Positions 29,680 to 39,438 of a stretch of 64,000 nt of DNA are shown in pieces. A model generated the notes under the pieces. It worked only from the letters and a program-made list of their open reading frames with translations, was not told the DNA's origin and made no database searches. Source of the stretch: Candidatus Zixiibacteriota bacterium (GTDB lineage: Bacteria > Zixibacteria > MSB-5A5 > DSPP01); assembly GCA_022614805.1 (NCBI GenBank), contig JAKEHY010000022.1:15903-79902 (forward strand), in the 5' to 3' direction. The stretch's first letter is position 1. The number at the start of each line of letters is the position of its first letter. Position numbers and translations under genes: made by a program.

Positions 29680-29801
29680 TTCCGTTCTTTTCTGATTTTC
29701 TGAAAGCGGATTTTTCCGCAGGAAGGACATTTCCACTTCCGGTTTTTGTGGAAACTTCGCCGCTCCTCCCGCATCGGCCCTCCGCAGCGCGGGCAGGTCA
29801 T
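29676..29801 (-). CDS. 41-aa zinc-ribbon microprotein
   Basis: Hand translation: MTCPRCGGPMREERRSFHKNRKWKCPSCGKIRFQKIRKERK*, with two CxxC motifs. Confidence 0.7.
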   Translation of the reverse strand: MTCPRCGGPMREERRSFHKNRKWKCPSCGKIRFQKIRKERK

Positions 29802-29813
29802 TGGATTGCAATT

Positions 29814-29841
29814 GTAGGGGCGGTTCGTGAACCGCCCTTAC
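29814..29841. repeat. GTAG-type REP palindrome
   Basis: GTAGGGGCGGTTC-GT-GAACCGCCCTTAC. Confidence 0.85.
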
Positions 29842-29859
29842 ACAAAAAAAAGAAAAAGC

Positions 29860-30453
29860 TCACTTTATTAGTCCAAGAAAATCCCCAAAGAGAAATTCCA
29901 GCCGTCCAATCAACAAAGAAATGCGGGACATCACCGTGTTGCCAAAGGTGGCGCCGAAGAAAATCATCAAATACCAGGTGCCGATGGTGGCCAGCTTCCC
30001 CCACCAGCCCTTATGCTCACGGGAGAAGAAAAAGTAAACGAGGGTCGTTATGACTCCAACAAGGATGAAAATGTTGGCGGCTGAATTGAGCGGTTTCATG
30101 GTGGCCGAGAGTTGAACCAGAATGCGGGCTTGCAGAAGGGCCGGAACGGCGACCCCGGCACCCGCGCCGATGATTAATGCCAGAGGAATCCGGGAGGCGG
30201 GGCGGGTTTTTTCGGTCAAACGGCCCAGGATAAGAATTATCAAAATGAATGGAACAACCACCCACCAGTCCCCGGCTTGTAACGGCTCCAAAACCTTCGG
30301 AACGAGCGTTCCCTGGACGGCAATCACGGTAAAATAACCGGCGGAAAGCCCCACCAAAAGATGCTCGGCCAAGCGGAAGAAAGGATTTTCGCGATAGAGG
30401 AAGCTGAAAATGGCCAAAGTGAGAATGGCGGCGGCGAAATTCCCGGCCGTCAT
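29860..30453 (-). CDS. Conserved uncharacterised multi-TM protein (DUF6754-associated operon)
   Basis: FSFLYRENPFFRLAEHLLVG and FGATFGNTVMSRISLLIGR; 5-6 TM helices. Confidence 0.8.
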   Translation of the reverse strand: MTAGNFAAAILTLAIFSFLYRENPFFRLAEHLLVGLSAGYFTVIAVQGTLVPKVLEPLQAGDWWVVVPFILIILILGRLTEKTRPASRIPLALIIGAGAGVAVPALLQARILVQLSATMKPLNSAANIFILVGVITTLVYFFFSREHKGWWGKLATIGTWYLMIFFGATFGNTVMSRISLLIGRLEFLFGDFLGLIK

Positions 30454-31247
30454 TTCTTTCTCCCCCACCAATAAGCCGCGTTTCCCCCCAGAATCAAGAG
30501 TAAAATCACGGCGTGCGCCATCGATTGGGCGTCCATGCTGCGGATGGCCGCTCCCGGTTTGTCCAAGAGCCGTTCGTAGTCGGCCGCCCCCTTTAGACCG
30601 TTGACCAGCCCCGAGAGCTGGCCGGAGGCGTAAAGGGGCATATAGCTGGCGACCATCACGGCCGTCAGCATGGCGGACACCCGCGCGTGGTAGCGGGTGT
30701 AGGCGTAATCCACCCAGGCATATCCCAGATCCCCGTCCGCCACCGAAACCACCAGGGCGATTTGAGAATAGTTGAAAACCTCTTTTAAGAGCGGAAGCTC
30801 GGAAGTGGTTTTACCGTAATAGTCGCGTGGAAAAACGTTGGTTATGCTTTCTCCCATACCTAAAATGGCTGCCTGAAACTGCGGGCGGAAGCCCAAAAAA
30901 ACCCAATCCTGGCCGTATTTTTTTCCGTATTCCTCCGCCACGAGCGACAAAACCTGGTTGCCGATGGCCGTTCCTTCGGCAAAAAGGGACAATCCGATGA
31001 TTTTGACGTCGCGGGAAAAAAGATGGCGCGCCAGGACGGTGGCCAGGGGGCGCACTTCGGCAACGGTGGAGGCTTCGTGGTCAAAGGAAACCATCACCAC
31101 CGAACCGGCCGGGATGGAGTCGATCAAGGCCTTGAACTTTACCGCCTCCGGCGATACCCGGTCGGAAATGTTCAAAGGATGCAAAAGCGGAAAAGTGACG
31201 GCGGCAAAAACGGCCAAAAAAGCGAACGCGCGGCGCGGCAGTCTCAT
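30450..31247 (-). CDS. Conserved uncharacterised membrane-anchored protein (DUF6754-like)
   Basis: N- and C-terminal TM helices; KKYGQDWVFLGF, SGQLSGLVNGLKGAADYE, MDAQS. Confidence 0.8.
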   Translation of the reverse strand: MRLPRRAFAFLAVFAAVTFPLLHPLNISDRVSPEAVKFKALIDSIPAGSVVMVSFDHEASTVAEVRPLATVLARHLFSRDVKIIGLSLFAEGTAIGNQVLSLVAEEYGKKYGQDWVFLGFRPQFQAAILGMGESITNVFPRDYYGKTTSELPLLKEVFNYSQIALVVSVADGDLGYAWVDYAYTRYHARVSAMLTAVMVASYMPLYASGQLSGLVNGLKGAADYERLLDKPGAAIRSMDAQSMAHAVILLLILGGNAAYWWGRKK

Positions 31248-31741
31248 ACCCGGCCGGAGGCCATCCCGCTCTCCTTGGAAGGGAGGTAGGTGTAGTGAAA
31301 ATGCACGGCCTTCCAGCCCGTAGGGGTCGAACGGAAAAGCTCGGATGCCTTGCCGGAGCGCTCGAAAGGCTTCTCCCCCATTTTTCCTTTTTCGATGAAA
31401 TGATAGGTCGCCAGAACCCAGCCCCCCTCCCAGGCGGTGAACTTTTCCTGCAGGACGGAGCGCTCATCCAGGGTGGCCTCGTCAAAAAAGTTCTCCAAAA
31501 GGGCAATGAAGTTCCGTTTGTTGTCGATGCGGTAGGGGGAATCCAGAAAGGCGGAGAAATCGTCCGCCAGGGCCGCCGAAATGACCTTCAGCTCCTTGGC
31601 CCGGTAAGCGCCGGAGAGGGAAAAAACGAGATTTTTTACGTCTTCCGTCTCCTTTTCATGCTTCGGCCCTTTTTGCTTCAAAAGCAAATAGGCCAGATAC
31701 CCGGATAAAAGCGCGAATAGAACGACTAAAATCCAGCTCAT
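31244..31741 (-). CDS. Membrane-anchored NTF2/SnoaL-like (DUF4440) protein
   Basis: N-terminal TM helix; LADDFSAF and C-terminal GWKAVHFHYT. Confidence 0.75.
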   Translation of the reverse strand: MSWILVVLFALLSGYLAYLLLKQKGPKHEKETEDVKNLVFSLSGAYRAKELKVISAALADDFSAFLDSPYRIDNKRNFIALLENFFDEATLDERSVLQEKFTAWEGGWVLATYHFIEKGKMGEKPFERSGKASELFRSTPTGWKAVHFHYTYLPSKESGMASGRV

Positions 31742-32352
31742 ACTTTCCTCCCGAAAAAGCCCCGTTCAATTCCTAAAATCACCCGCAGCGAGGTCGCCAC
31801 GGAACCCAGCCCGATGCCGATGAGTATCCCCCGGCGGGCCGCCACGCTGGGGATGTCCAAAAGGGCCTGGGACCAGGCCGGAAAATCAAAATAAAGTTTG
31901 GTGCCGATGGGAACCCGCCCCAGCATCACGATGGCCGCCGAGACCAGAAGCAAAAATGCCGGCAGCGAGCGGGCCCGGAAGCCGCGGAAGGCGGCCGAGG
32001 CGACAAAGAAGGCCAGAAGCGAAAAGACGGTGGACTGCATCGGCACCTGCATATTGTTAAAGAGCCAGAAAAAAACCGAGCTCTCTCCCGTCCCCCAAAA
32101 GGCGGCCACGGGCATAGCCACAAGACCGGCAACCGTAACCAGACTGTATCCCCAGCCGGAGCTTAGCGTGCTCACCTTTCTCAAGTGTTGCAAACCCAGG
32201 GCGATGACCCCGACTAAAAGCGAGGAAAGATAAATCACCTGCATCCAGTCCAGCACTTTCCGATACGCCCCCCCCACAACCGGAATGAAAAACTGAAAGA
32301 GCATAAAAACCCCGAAGCTCAAGGTTATCCAGAAAACCAGTCGCCGGGTCAT
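31738..32352 (-). CDS. Conserved uncharacterised multi-TM protein (DUF6754-associated operon)
   Basis: PMQSTVFSLLAFFVASAAFRGFRARS and RRGILIGIGLG..LRVILGIER. Confidence 0.8.
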   Translation of the reverse strand: MTRRLVFWITLSFGVFMLFQFFIPVVGGAYRKVLDWMQVIYLSSLLVGVIALGLQHLRKVSTLSSGWGYSLVTVAGLVAMPVAAFWGTGESSVFFWLFNNMQVPMQSTVFSLLAFFVASAAFRGFRARSLPAFLLLVSAAIVMLGRVPIGTKLYFDFPAWSQALLDIPSVAARRGILIGIGLGSVATSLRVILGIERGFFGRKV

Positions 32353-33125
32353 AGGCGGGAGGCCAGGTTAAAGGTGGTGAAAGTCGCCAGGATGGCGCCG
32401 ACCAGCAAAAGCAGAATCACGGCCGCCTTCAGCCAGTCCTGGGCGACGATGGAACCCAACACCTCCTGGTCGCCGGAAAGGGAACCCCCGGCGGCGAAGA
32501 GCTCCTCCCCTATCAGCGTGTAGTCGCAGGCGACCAGAAAGAAAGCCAGTTGGATGGTGGAATCGGTGGCGGCGATTTGGATGGCCCCCTGGGCAAAGCC
32601 GGTTTCGGCTAAAATGAGCGACTCCCCCTCAAAGGTGCCGAAATACAAAGTAGCCGCCGGCTTCAAGCGCTCCATCAAGCCGGAGGCGTGGGCCGTGTAG
32701 CCAAACTGGCTTTTGGTGACGAAGAAAACGTTTTCCGGTTTGTACGCTTCGGGGTGCCCGGCCTTGCTGGCAGCTTCCGAGACTACTTCCTGCGCCACGG
32801 TGGCGACCACCGGGTCGTTGTTGGGATAAAAAAGCGGCGTGCCGTACTGGGCGGTCTTGTAGGCCACTTCGCCAAGGACGGACAAAGCCGCCAAAGTCGC
32901 CATCCGGTCGATTTCCCCCGTGCCGGAAGTGAAAAAGACAGGTTTTCCCATTTCGGTCGCCCGGCCGATGGCCTCCTCGATGGCCGAAGCGCCGGGCAGG
33001 GCGCGGATTTTGAAGCTTTTCCCCTTTCGTTTCAAAAGAAAAACCCCAAGGAGAGCAGCCGCAACGCACAGGAACGCAATTAAAACCGGTATTTTTTCGG
33101 CGGGCAACCAGATGAGGGTGTTCAT
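32349..33125 (-). CDS. DUF6754 domain membrane protein
   Basis: IRALPG..AIEEAIGRATEMGKPV, ESLILAETG, GAIQIA, ACDYTLIGEELFAAG; start moved to ATG 33125. Confidence 0.8.
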   Translation of the reverse strand: MNTLIWLPAEKIPVLIAFLCVAAALLGVFLLKRKGKSFKIRALPGASAIEEAIGRATEMGKPVFFTSGTGEIDRMATLAALSVLGEVAYKTAQYGTPLFYPNNDPVVATVAQEVVSEAASKAGHPEAYKPENVFFVTKSQFGYTAHASGLMERLKPAATLYFGTFEGESLILAETGFAQGAIQIAATDSTIQLAFFLVACDYTLIGEELFAAGGSLSGDQEVLGSIVAQDWLKAAVILLLLVGAILATFTTFNLASRL

Positions 33126-33190
33126 CGGTTGGCCGTAAGCTACGCCCGCCAAAACTTTTGTCAAGGAAAAACCTCGCGTCTGCGTTTTTT

Positions 33191-33254
33191 GTAGGGGCCC
33201 AACACCGTTGTGCCCGTCCCTCTCCACGGTGTGGAAAGGGACCGCCGGGTGAGG
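33191..33254. repeat. Composite REP element (GTAG hairpin + CCCTCTCC..GGGTGAGG hairpin)
   Basis: Same architecture as 62451-62513. Confidence 0.75.
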
Positions 33255-33299
33255 CGATTAAAGTTGACATTGAAGCAGCGCAAGATTTTATTCTCGCCG

Positions 33300-34508
33300 A
33301 TGCGAAACTTCGCTCTCTTCGCGATACTTCTGATTTCCTCCTGTTCCAAAAGAGAGACCGGCACTCTGACTTGGTGGCAGTTCTGGACCGACCCGCAGAC
33401 CAAGCCGCTCGTAGCCGAGCTCGTCGTCAAATTTGAAAAAGAAAACCCCGGCGCCAAAGTGGAGGTGACCGACCTGACCTGGGCCGATGGGCACGAAAAA
33501 ATCACGGTCGCCTTTTCCGCCGGCCAGCCGCCGGACGTTTTAGAGCTCGGGTCGGACTGGATTTACGAATACGCCTCCAACAAGCTTCTTCTCAATCTAA
33601 CTTCCAAGACTGACAGCTTGAAAAAGGATTTGGTATTCTGGCAACCCGCGCTGCTGGGGGAAAAAACTTTCGCCGTTCCCTGGATTTTGGGAACCCGGGT
33701 GATGTTTTACAACCTCAACCTGCTAAAAAAGGCCGGGCTGGACGATGTGCCGGCCGCCTGGAACCAGCTGGCGCAACTGAACCAAAAAATGGCAAAATTC
33801 AAACCGAAAACTTATGGTTTCGGAGCCAACGCTTCCGAGCGCCACCGCTTGTACAAAAAGTTTCTCCCTTTCTTCTGGAGCGCCGGAGCCCGGATTTTTT
33901 CGGCCGATGGCAAAATCTGCCTGCTCAACTCGCCGGAAGGGGTAAAAGCGCTGGAATATTACGCCGACTTGTGCCAGGATGCCTTGCTGGCCACGCAGGC
34001 CAATCTGGACGACGCCTTTCTGCAGGGAAAAGTGGCGGGGGTGATTTCCGGCGATTGGCTGCTGAAAAAGTTGAAAAATGCGCCCCCGAAATTCGATTAT
34101 ACGACCGATTTGATGCCTTCATCCGACGGGAAACTGCCGAACCGGACCTCCTTCGCCGGCGGCGAATTTCTGGCCGTTCCCGCCAAGTCAAAGAAAAGGG
34201 AGCTGGCCTGGCGATTCGTGCAGTTTTTGGTGCGGCCGGACAATCAGGTCTATTTTTGTCGGAACGCCGTGATACCGACCCCTTCTTCTGTGGCCGCGCA
34301 GGCGGATACCTTTTTCCTTTCCGACCCCAATTACAGAACCTTTATCGAGCAGCTGCAGCTGGCCCAGAGCCCCCCTCCCCACCCTCACTGGGTGGAAATC
34401 GAGCAGGCCATTGAAGAAGCGGTGGAGCAGGCGATGTACAAGAAAAAAACGCCCAAAGCAGCGTTGGATGAAGCCGCCAACAAAATAAACGCTCTTTTAC
34501 GAACTTAA
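33300..34508 (+). CDS. Carbohydrate ABC transporter substrate-binding lipoprotein
   Basis: Lipobox-like LISSC; PPDVLELGSDW, FYNLNLL, FAGGEFLAV. Confidence 0.92.
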   Translation: MRNFALFAILLISSCSKRETGTLTWWQFWTDPQTKPLVAELVVKFEKENPGAKVEVTDLTWADGHEKITVAFSAGQPPDVLELGSDWIYEYASNKLLLNLTSKTDSLKKDLVFWQPALLGEKTFAVPWILGTRVMFYNLNLLKKAGLDDVPAAWNQLAQLNQKMAKFKPKTYGFGANASERHRLYKKFLPFFWSAGARIFSADGKICLLNSPEGVKALEYYADLCQDALLATQANLDDAFLQGKVAGVISGDWLLKKLKNAPPKFDYTTDLMPSSDGKLPNRTSFAGGEFLAVPAKSKKRELAWRFVQFLVRPDNQVYFCRNAVIPTPSSVAAQADTFFLSDPNYRTFIEQLQLAQSPPPHPHWVEIEQAIEEAVEQAMYKKKTPKAALDEAANKINALLRT

Positions 34509-34519
34509 GGGAGGCACGT

Positions 34520-34861
34520 ATGGAGAACGGCGTAAAGTACAGAAATATGTGGGCGCAAGTGGGTTTGGTCATCATCACTTTGGGGATTTACGTCTTCTAC
34601 TGGTTTTATCAAACCGCCAAGGAGCTGAAGTTCCTTGCCAACGACCCGAACGCCAGCCCCGGCTTGTGGACGGTCCTGCTTTTTATTCCCTTCGGCGCCC
34701 TTTATTCCTACTACAAGTATGGGGAGCTTTTTCAGGCGGTCAGCGCGGAAAAACTGAACCGCTGGATAATTTTTATCTTGTGGATTGTCTTTTCGCCGGC
34801 GGTCTGGTTCATCGTGCAGACGGAGCTTAACCGCCGGGCCACCTATAACCGTCCCAGTTAG
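34520..34861 (+). CDS. DUF4234-like small membrane protein
   Basis: IITLGIYVFYWFYQTAKEL and C-terminal VQTELN; SD GGGAGG. Confidence 0.8.
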   Translation: MENGVKYRNMWAQVGLVIITLGIYVFYWFYQTAKELKFLANDPNASPGLWTVLLFIPFGALYSYYKYGELFQAVSAEKLNRWIIFILWIVFSPAVWFIVQTELNRRATYNRPS

Positions 34862-34867
34862 CCTTTG

Positions 34868-35755
34868 ATGGCCCAAACCAAGGCCGGATTTCTTCTTCCC
34901 CTCCCCTGGACGCTGACCCTTCTTGTCATCTGGATATTCCCCCTGCTTTGGTCACTGGTGCTGGCCTTTGCGGATTACAACCTCCTCTCGGGAGAGTTGG
35001 AATGGATTGGCACGGAGAACTTCAAAAGACTTTTCAGCGACCCGAACTTCCTGCAGGCGCTTAAAAACACCTTCGTTTTCGTAATAGGCACCCTCCCCTT
35101 CACCACCCTTTTCGCCCTGCTTCTGGCGATGGCCCTAAACCGGCCGGTCTGGGGGAAGAATTTCTTTAAGGCTGCCTTTTTCATCCCCACCATCACTTCG
35201 CTGGTGGTGGTAGCCCTGATATTCACCCAGCTTTATTCGGAGGGAAGCTGGCTGTACCGATTTTTAGGACGATTCTTCAATCTCCCATCCGGCGGGTTCT
35301 TGCTTTCGGAAAAAGCTGCCTTGCCCTCGATAATGATAATGGATATCTGGGCCGCCATCGGCTATTACATCCTGCTTTTCTTGGTCGCCCTGCAAAACGT
35401 GCCGCAGGAGCTGTACGAAGCGGCCCGTGTGGAGGGGGCCGGCCCCTGGCAGACCTTCTGGGCGGTCACTTTTCCCTCCATCAAGCCGATGCTTTTTTTC
35501 ATCGTCACCCTGAACACTATCAAATCGTTCCAGGTATTTACCGAGGTTTTCGTAATGACCAAGGGGGGCCCGCTCGGCTCGACGGCAACCGCCGTCTATT
35601 TCATCTACGAGGAGGGGCTGCACCGCTTCAAAATGGGCTACGCCTCGGCCGCCGCCTATCTTCTGTTTGGAATAATAGCCCTCTTTTCCTATTTCCTGTT
35701 TAAGAGTTTCAAATCGGAAGCGGAGGTCTTGACTCCGGCACAGACGAAGGCTTGA
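34868..35755 (+). CDS. Carbohydrate ABC transporter permease (MalF-like)
   Basis: EAA motif (LYEAARVEGA), MTKGGP, GYASA. Confidence 0.93.
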   Translation: MAQTKAGFLLPLPWTLTLLVIWIFPLLWSLVLAFADYNLLSGELEWIGTENFKRLFSDPNFLQALKNTFVFVIGTLPFTTLFALLLAMALNRPVWGKNFFKAAFFIPTITSLVVVALIFTQLYSEGSWLYRFLGRFFNLPSGGFLLSEKAALPSIMIMDIWAAIGYYILLFLVALQNVPQELYEAARVEGAGPWQTFWAVTFPSIKPMLFFIVTLNTIKSFQVFTEVFVMTKGGPLGSTATAVYFIYEEGLHRFKMGYASAAAYLLFGIIALFSYFLFKSFKSEAEVLTPAQTKA

Positions 35756-36528
35756 TGCGCTCCTCCCTCCTTCCGACTTTTCTGCTCCTGACCATCCTTG
35801 CCATAATTTTCCTTTTCCCTTTCTTCTGGATGTTTTACGTCGCCTGCTCCCCCGGCTGGACGCTGGATAACTTCAGAGACGTGCTGGGGCAAAAGATTTT
35901 TTCGCGGGCCTTTCTGAATTCGGTTTTCGTCACCGGCGTGATAACGCTCGGTAATCTGGTCTTTGCCCTGCTCGCCGGTTATGGTCTCGCCCGCTATTCT
36001 TCCCTCTCCAATCGATTTCTGTTCGTCTCGATTCTGGCCGTTCTGGCCGTGCCGACGCACGTGGTGATAATCCCTCTTTTCCTATTGGTCCGAAGCCTCG
36101 GCTGGTACGACACCTACTGGGCTTTGATTATTCCCTTTCTCGTTTCCCCCCTCGGGATTTTGCTTTTGCGGCAGTACATCCTTTCGCTGCCGGTGGAACT
36201 GGAGGAAGCCGCCCGGCTGGATGGCGCGGGAGAATTACGAATCATCTTCTCCATCGTTGCCCCACTGGCCAAGCCGGCCCTGGCGGCTCTGGCGATTCAA
36301 TCTTTCTGGGTCAACTGGAACAATTTCCTCTTTCCCTTCCTGTTCACATCATCGGAGAACCTCCGAGTCCTGCCCGTGGCCTTGGCAATGTATCAAAGCT
36401 ATCAGGCCATCGACTGGCCCCATCTGTTTGCCGCCTCGGCCGTGGCCACCATCCCGGTCCTTTTGGTTTTTATGGTTTTGCAGAAACAGATTATTGCCGG
36501 GCTGACCGCCGGCGCGCTGAAACAATGA
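35755..36528 (+). CDS. Carbohydrate ABC transporter permease (MalG-like)
   Basis: LEEAARLDGA, WNNFLFP, GLTAGALK. Confidence 0.93.
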   Translation: MRSSLLPTFLLLTILAIIFLFPFFWMFYVACSPGWTLDNFRDVLGQKIFSRAFLNSVFVTGVITLGNLVFALLAGYGLARYSSLSNRFLFVSILAVLAVPTHVVIIPLFLLVRSLGWYDTYWALIIPFLVSPLGILLLRQYILSLPVELEEAARLDGAGELRIIFSIVAPLAKPALAALAIQSFWVNWNNFLFPFLFTSSENLRVLPVALAMYQSYQAIDWPHLFAASAVATIPVLLVFMVLQKQIIAGLTAGALKQ

Positions 36529-36551
36529 CTCCTAAATAAAATCGTAGAGGG

Positions 36552-36578
36552 GTAGGGGCTCAATATATCGAGCCCTAC
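36552..36578. repeat. GTAG-type REP palindrome overlapping the amidase stop codon
   Basis: GTAGGGGCTC-AATATATC-GAGCCCTAC. Confidence 0.8.
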
Positions 36579-38440
36579 TTCTTGGTGCTCAACCGCAAAT
36601 AATCGGCAATCCCGTCCGCAATCGCCTTCGCCGCTTTTTTGTGAAACTGTTTGGAGCGGAGCATCTCCTCCTGCCGGGGAATCATCATAAAGACCGCCTC
36701 ACACAAAATGGCGGGATACTGGGGCGGGCGGACGACGACGAAGTTGCCGAAATATAACCCCTGGTCCCGCAGGCGCGTGGCTTTCAATAGCTGCCGATGG
36801 ACGGCGCGGGCCAACTCTTGGGAATGAACGTGATAGTAATAGACCGAGGTGCCGTTGTTGACGAACGGGTTCACGCCATCCGGGTGGGCGTTGTTGTGGA
36901 TGGAAACGAACAGGTCGGCTTCGGCCGCTTTGGCAATCTGGGGGCGGTCGTACAGGGCAACCGCTTCGGTCCCCTTGCGGGTCAAAACCACCTTCGCCCT
37001 CCGGCTTTCCAATATCTTTTTTAATTCCAGGGCAATCAACAAATTCGCCTCCCGTTCCTCCAACCCGGTCGGCCCTTTGGCGCCGGTCTCGGCGGGGGTG
37101 TTGGTGTGTCCCGCATCCACCGCGATGGTAAGCCCTTTCAGCCAGGCCCCCTTGGCGGGCGGCTTTTTGACCAGAAACACGAGGTTGTTCCCCTCAAAGA
37201 AGGCATCGTAGCCCCACAAAGCCGCCGAACGCAAATCGACGTCGGCCCGAAAAATGTCCGTTTCCGGCTGGGACCAGCGGACGTTCCGAATCAGGTCGGT
37301 GGCATTATCGTAGCGAATCCAGTCGGCCCGGGTTTGGGCGCCGAAGACAAAAAGGGAAAGCCGGGCCAAAACGGGGTCCTCCTCCACCCGAAAGGCCATT
37401 TTGCGGGAAGTGGTGAAGACGATTTTCACCCATTTGGTGCTGTCGTAGGTGCGTATGTAAGAAACCGAACCGGGCGGAAGAACGCTTCCCGGCGGCAGCT
37501 CGGTTACCAGCGTATCCGGCGCCCAGACCGACTGTGTTTCCGCCAATTTGAGCTTGACGTAACGCCCAATCCGGGCGGAAAGGTAGGCGCGGATTCCCTT
37601 CGGCTGAAAGACGGCGACGTAGCCCGCATTGGGGGCGCTGCGCAGAACCGAAACGGAATCATCCAGTTCGGCCACCCTCGGAACGAGCGGGTTCCAGACG
37701 GTAAGCGTCGCCCGCAAGGTCTCGGCGGCACAGCGGGTCATACTGGCCAGGCCGACAACGGGAGGGAAAAGACGGGGCTCCATTTGCGGAAGGAGGCAGC
37801 CGGTATCGCTTTTGGTCAGGTAAACGGCAATCCGGGAACCCTCCAACTTTTTTTCCGGCACCCGCAGGACTCCGGTGTAAAAGCCGGAGCCGGTGGACTC
37901 CGGCAGATTTCCTTCTCCCAAAAGGACGTTCCCGGAATCATTTCGAGATGGCAGGACCGTCTCGGCCATGGGAAACTCCCCCTCCAGGCCGGCAACGGTG
38001 AAAAATGCGGAAAGCCCGGGCGTGCCCGAAAAAGAGAGGGTGACCAGTTCCCCCGGATAGGTGAAAATCGAATCGGTCGGCGTGCTGGAGCCATAGCGGA
38101 TGGCCAAACTGTCGGGCGGTATCGGCCGGGGCTTGGGGGAAACGAAAACCGGCCAATCGAACGCGACTTTTTGACCGTTCTTCTCCGCTTCCAGCCGGTA
38201 ATAAAAATTTCCTTCCGCCACCGGCAGAAAAGCCAAAAACCCGCCGGTTTTATAAACTTCGACCGGCGTGCCGTTGATGGTCAGTTTGGCGCCGGGGGTA
38301 ACCGAGCCGAAAATGAAGTTGGAATCGACCGGTGGAATGACCTGCATCGTTTCGGGATAAACGACTTTAATGAGCAATTCTTCGGCGTGAAGTGGAACAC
38401 AAAAAAGAATCGCCCCAAAGAGAAAAACATGCTTTTTCAT
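36575..38440 (-). CDS. N-acetylmuramoyl-L-alanine amidase (Amidase_3) with a long N-terminal region
   Basis: Signal peptide; VDAGH, EREANL, FVSIHNNA and ILCE Zn ligands. Confidence 0.92.
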   Translation of the reverse strand: MKKHVFLFGAILFCVPLHAEELLIKVVYPETMQVIPPVDSNFIFGSVTPGAKLTINGTPVEVYKTGGFLAFLPVAEGNFYYRLEAEKNGQKVAFDWPVFVSPKPRPIPPDSLAIRYGSSTPTDSIFTYPGELVTLSFSGTPGLSAFFTVAGLEGEFPMAETVLPSRNDSGNVLLGEGNLPESTGSGFYTGVLRVPEKKLEGSRIAVYLTKSDTGCLLPQMEPRLFPPVVGLASMTRCAAETLRATLTVWNPLVPRVAELDDSVSVLRSAPNAGYVAVFQPKGIRAYLSARIGRYVKLKLAETQSVWAPDTLVTELPPGSVLPPGSVSYIRTYDSTKWVKIVFTTSRKMAFRVEEDPVLARLSLFVFGAQTRADWIRYDNATDLIRNVRWSQPETDIFRADVDLRSAALWGYDAFFEGNNLVFLVKKPPAKGAWLKGLTIAVDAGHTNTPAETGAKGPTGLEEREANLLIALELKKILESRRAKVVLTRKGTEAVALYDRPQIAKAAEADLFVSIHNNAHPDGVNPFVNNGTSVYYYHVHSQELARAVHRQLLKATRLRDQGLYFGNFVVVRPPQYPAILCEAVFMMIPRQEEMLRSKQFHKKAAKAIADGIADYLRLSTKK

Positions 38441-39438
38441 TTCCGGCTCACTCCCAGCCCAAAGCCGGTGGGGAGCTGCCAGCTTCCGGCGGAAAGAACC
38501 AACCCTTCATATGGGTCGTTGGTGACCAAAAGATTCCCATCCAGGTCAATATAATCGCAAACCGAAGCGAAATGACAGCCGGCGGCGATGCCGACTGTGG
38601 ATTCCACCATACAGCCCAGCATCACCCCCATCCCCATACCCCGGGCCAGATAGGCGGCCTCCAGAGCCGGCTTGATGCCTCCCATTTTCTGGATTTTCAA
38701 AACCACGCCGGCGACCAATCCTTTGAACTTCTTTAAATCCTCGGCCGTGATTGCCGATTCATCCACCCAGACGGGCAAAGCCGCTTGCCTGGACAATTGA
38801 CGATACCCCTCAAAGTCATCCTTGGCCAGCGGTTGTTCGACAAACTCGACCCCCAATTTTTTCAGCTCTTTTATTTTTTCCACGGCCTCGTCCAATTTCC
38901 ACCCCCCGTTGGCATCGACGCGGATGGCTTGAGTGCTAACCCGGCGAACGGTTTCGACCCGCTCCAGGTCCCCTTCCACCCCCACTTTCAGTTTCAAAGC
39001 CGAAAATTCGGAAGCCTCTTTGGCCCGCGCCGCCATCTCTTCGGGGGAGGCCAAGGCAATCGTCATCGAGGTTTTAATGGCCGCCGGTTTGGAAAGGCCG
39101 AGAAAAGCATAAAGCGGGCGGCCGAGCGACCGGGCCGAATGGTCGAGCAGGGCCATCTCGAGTGCGGCTTGGGCCGATTTGACGCCGCCGGCCAGCTCTT
39201 CGACCAGACGGCGGTTTTTCTCGAAGGCATAAGGATTTTCCGAGAGTTTTCCCTCCGCCTGTTCAAAGACGGCAAGGACTTTTTCGCGCGTTTCGCCGTA
39301 ATAAGCGGAATACGAAGCCTCGCCGACCCCTTGGCCGAAGCGAACGAAGATGGTTTTCCGCTCCTCGATGACGGAACGGGAAATGCGGAAGGGATATTTA
39401 AGTTTGAGCGGGAAGGATTCCCATTCCAACTGCTTCAC
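38437..39438 (-). CDS. L-Ala-D/L-Glu dipeptide epimerase (enolase superfamily, YkfB/YcjG-like)
   Basis: KLKVG, DANGG, EQP, DES, KIQKMGG and DLDG motifs. Confidence 0.92.
   Translation of the reverse strand: MKQLEWESFPLKLKYPFRISRSVIEERKTIFVRFGQGVGEASYSAYYGETREKVLAVFEQAEGKLSENPYAFEKNRRLVEELAGGVKSAQAALEMALLDHSARSLGRPLYAFLGLSKPAAIKTSMTIALASPEEMAARAKEASEFSALKLKVGVEGDLERVETVRRVSTQAIRVDANGGWKLDEAVEKIKELKKLGVEFVEQPLAKDDFEGYRQLSRQAALPVWVDESAITAEDLKKFKGLVAGVVLKIQKMGGIKPALEAAYLARGMGMGVMLGCMVESTVGIAAGCHFASVCDYIDLDGNLLVTNDPYEGLVLSAGSWQLPTGFGLGVSRK

Noticed and set aside
37106-38554. Long antisense ORFs (also 2937-4106, 54928-56163, 60306-61550 and others)
   Set aside because: They lie opposite well-supported genes in GC-rich DNA and have no motifs of their own.
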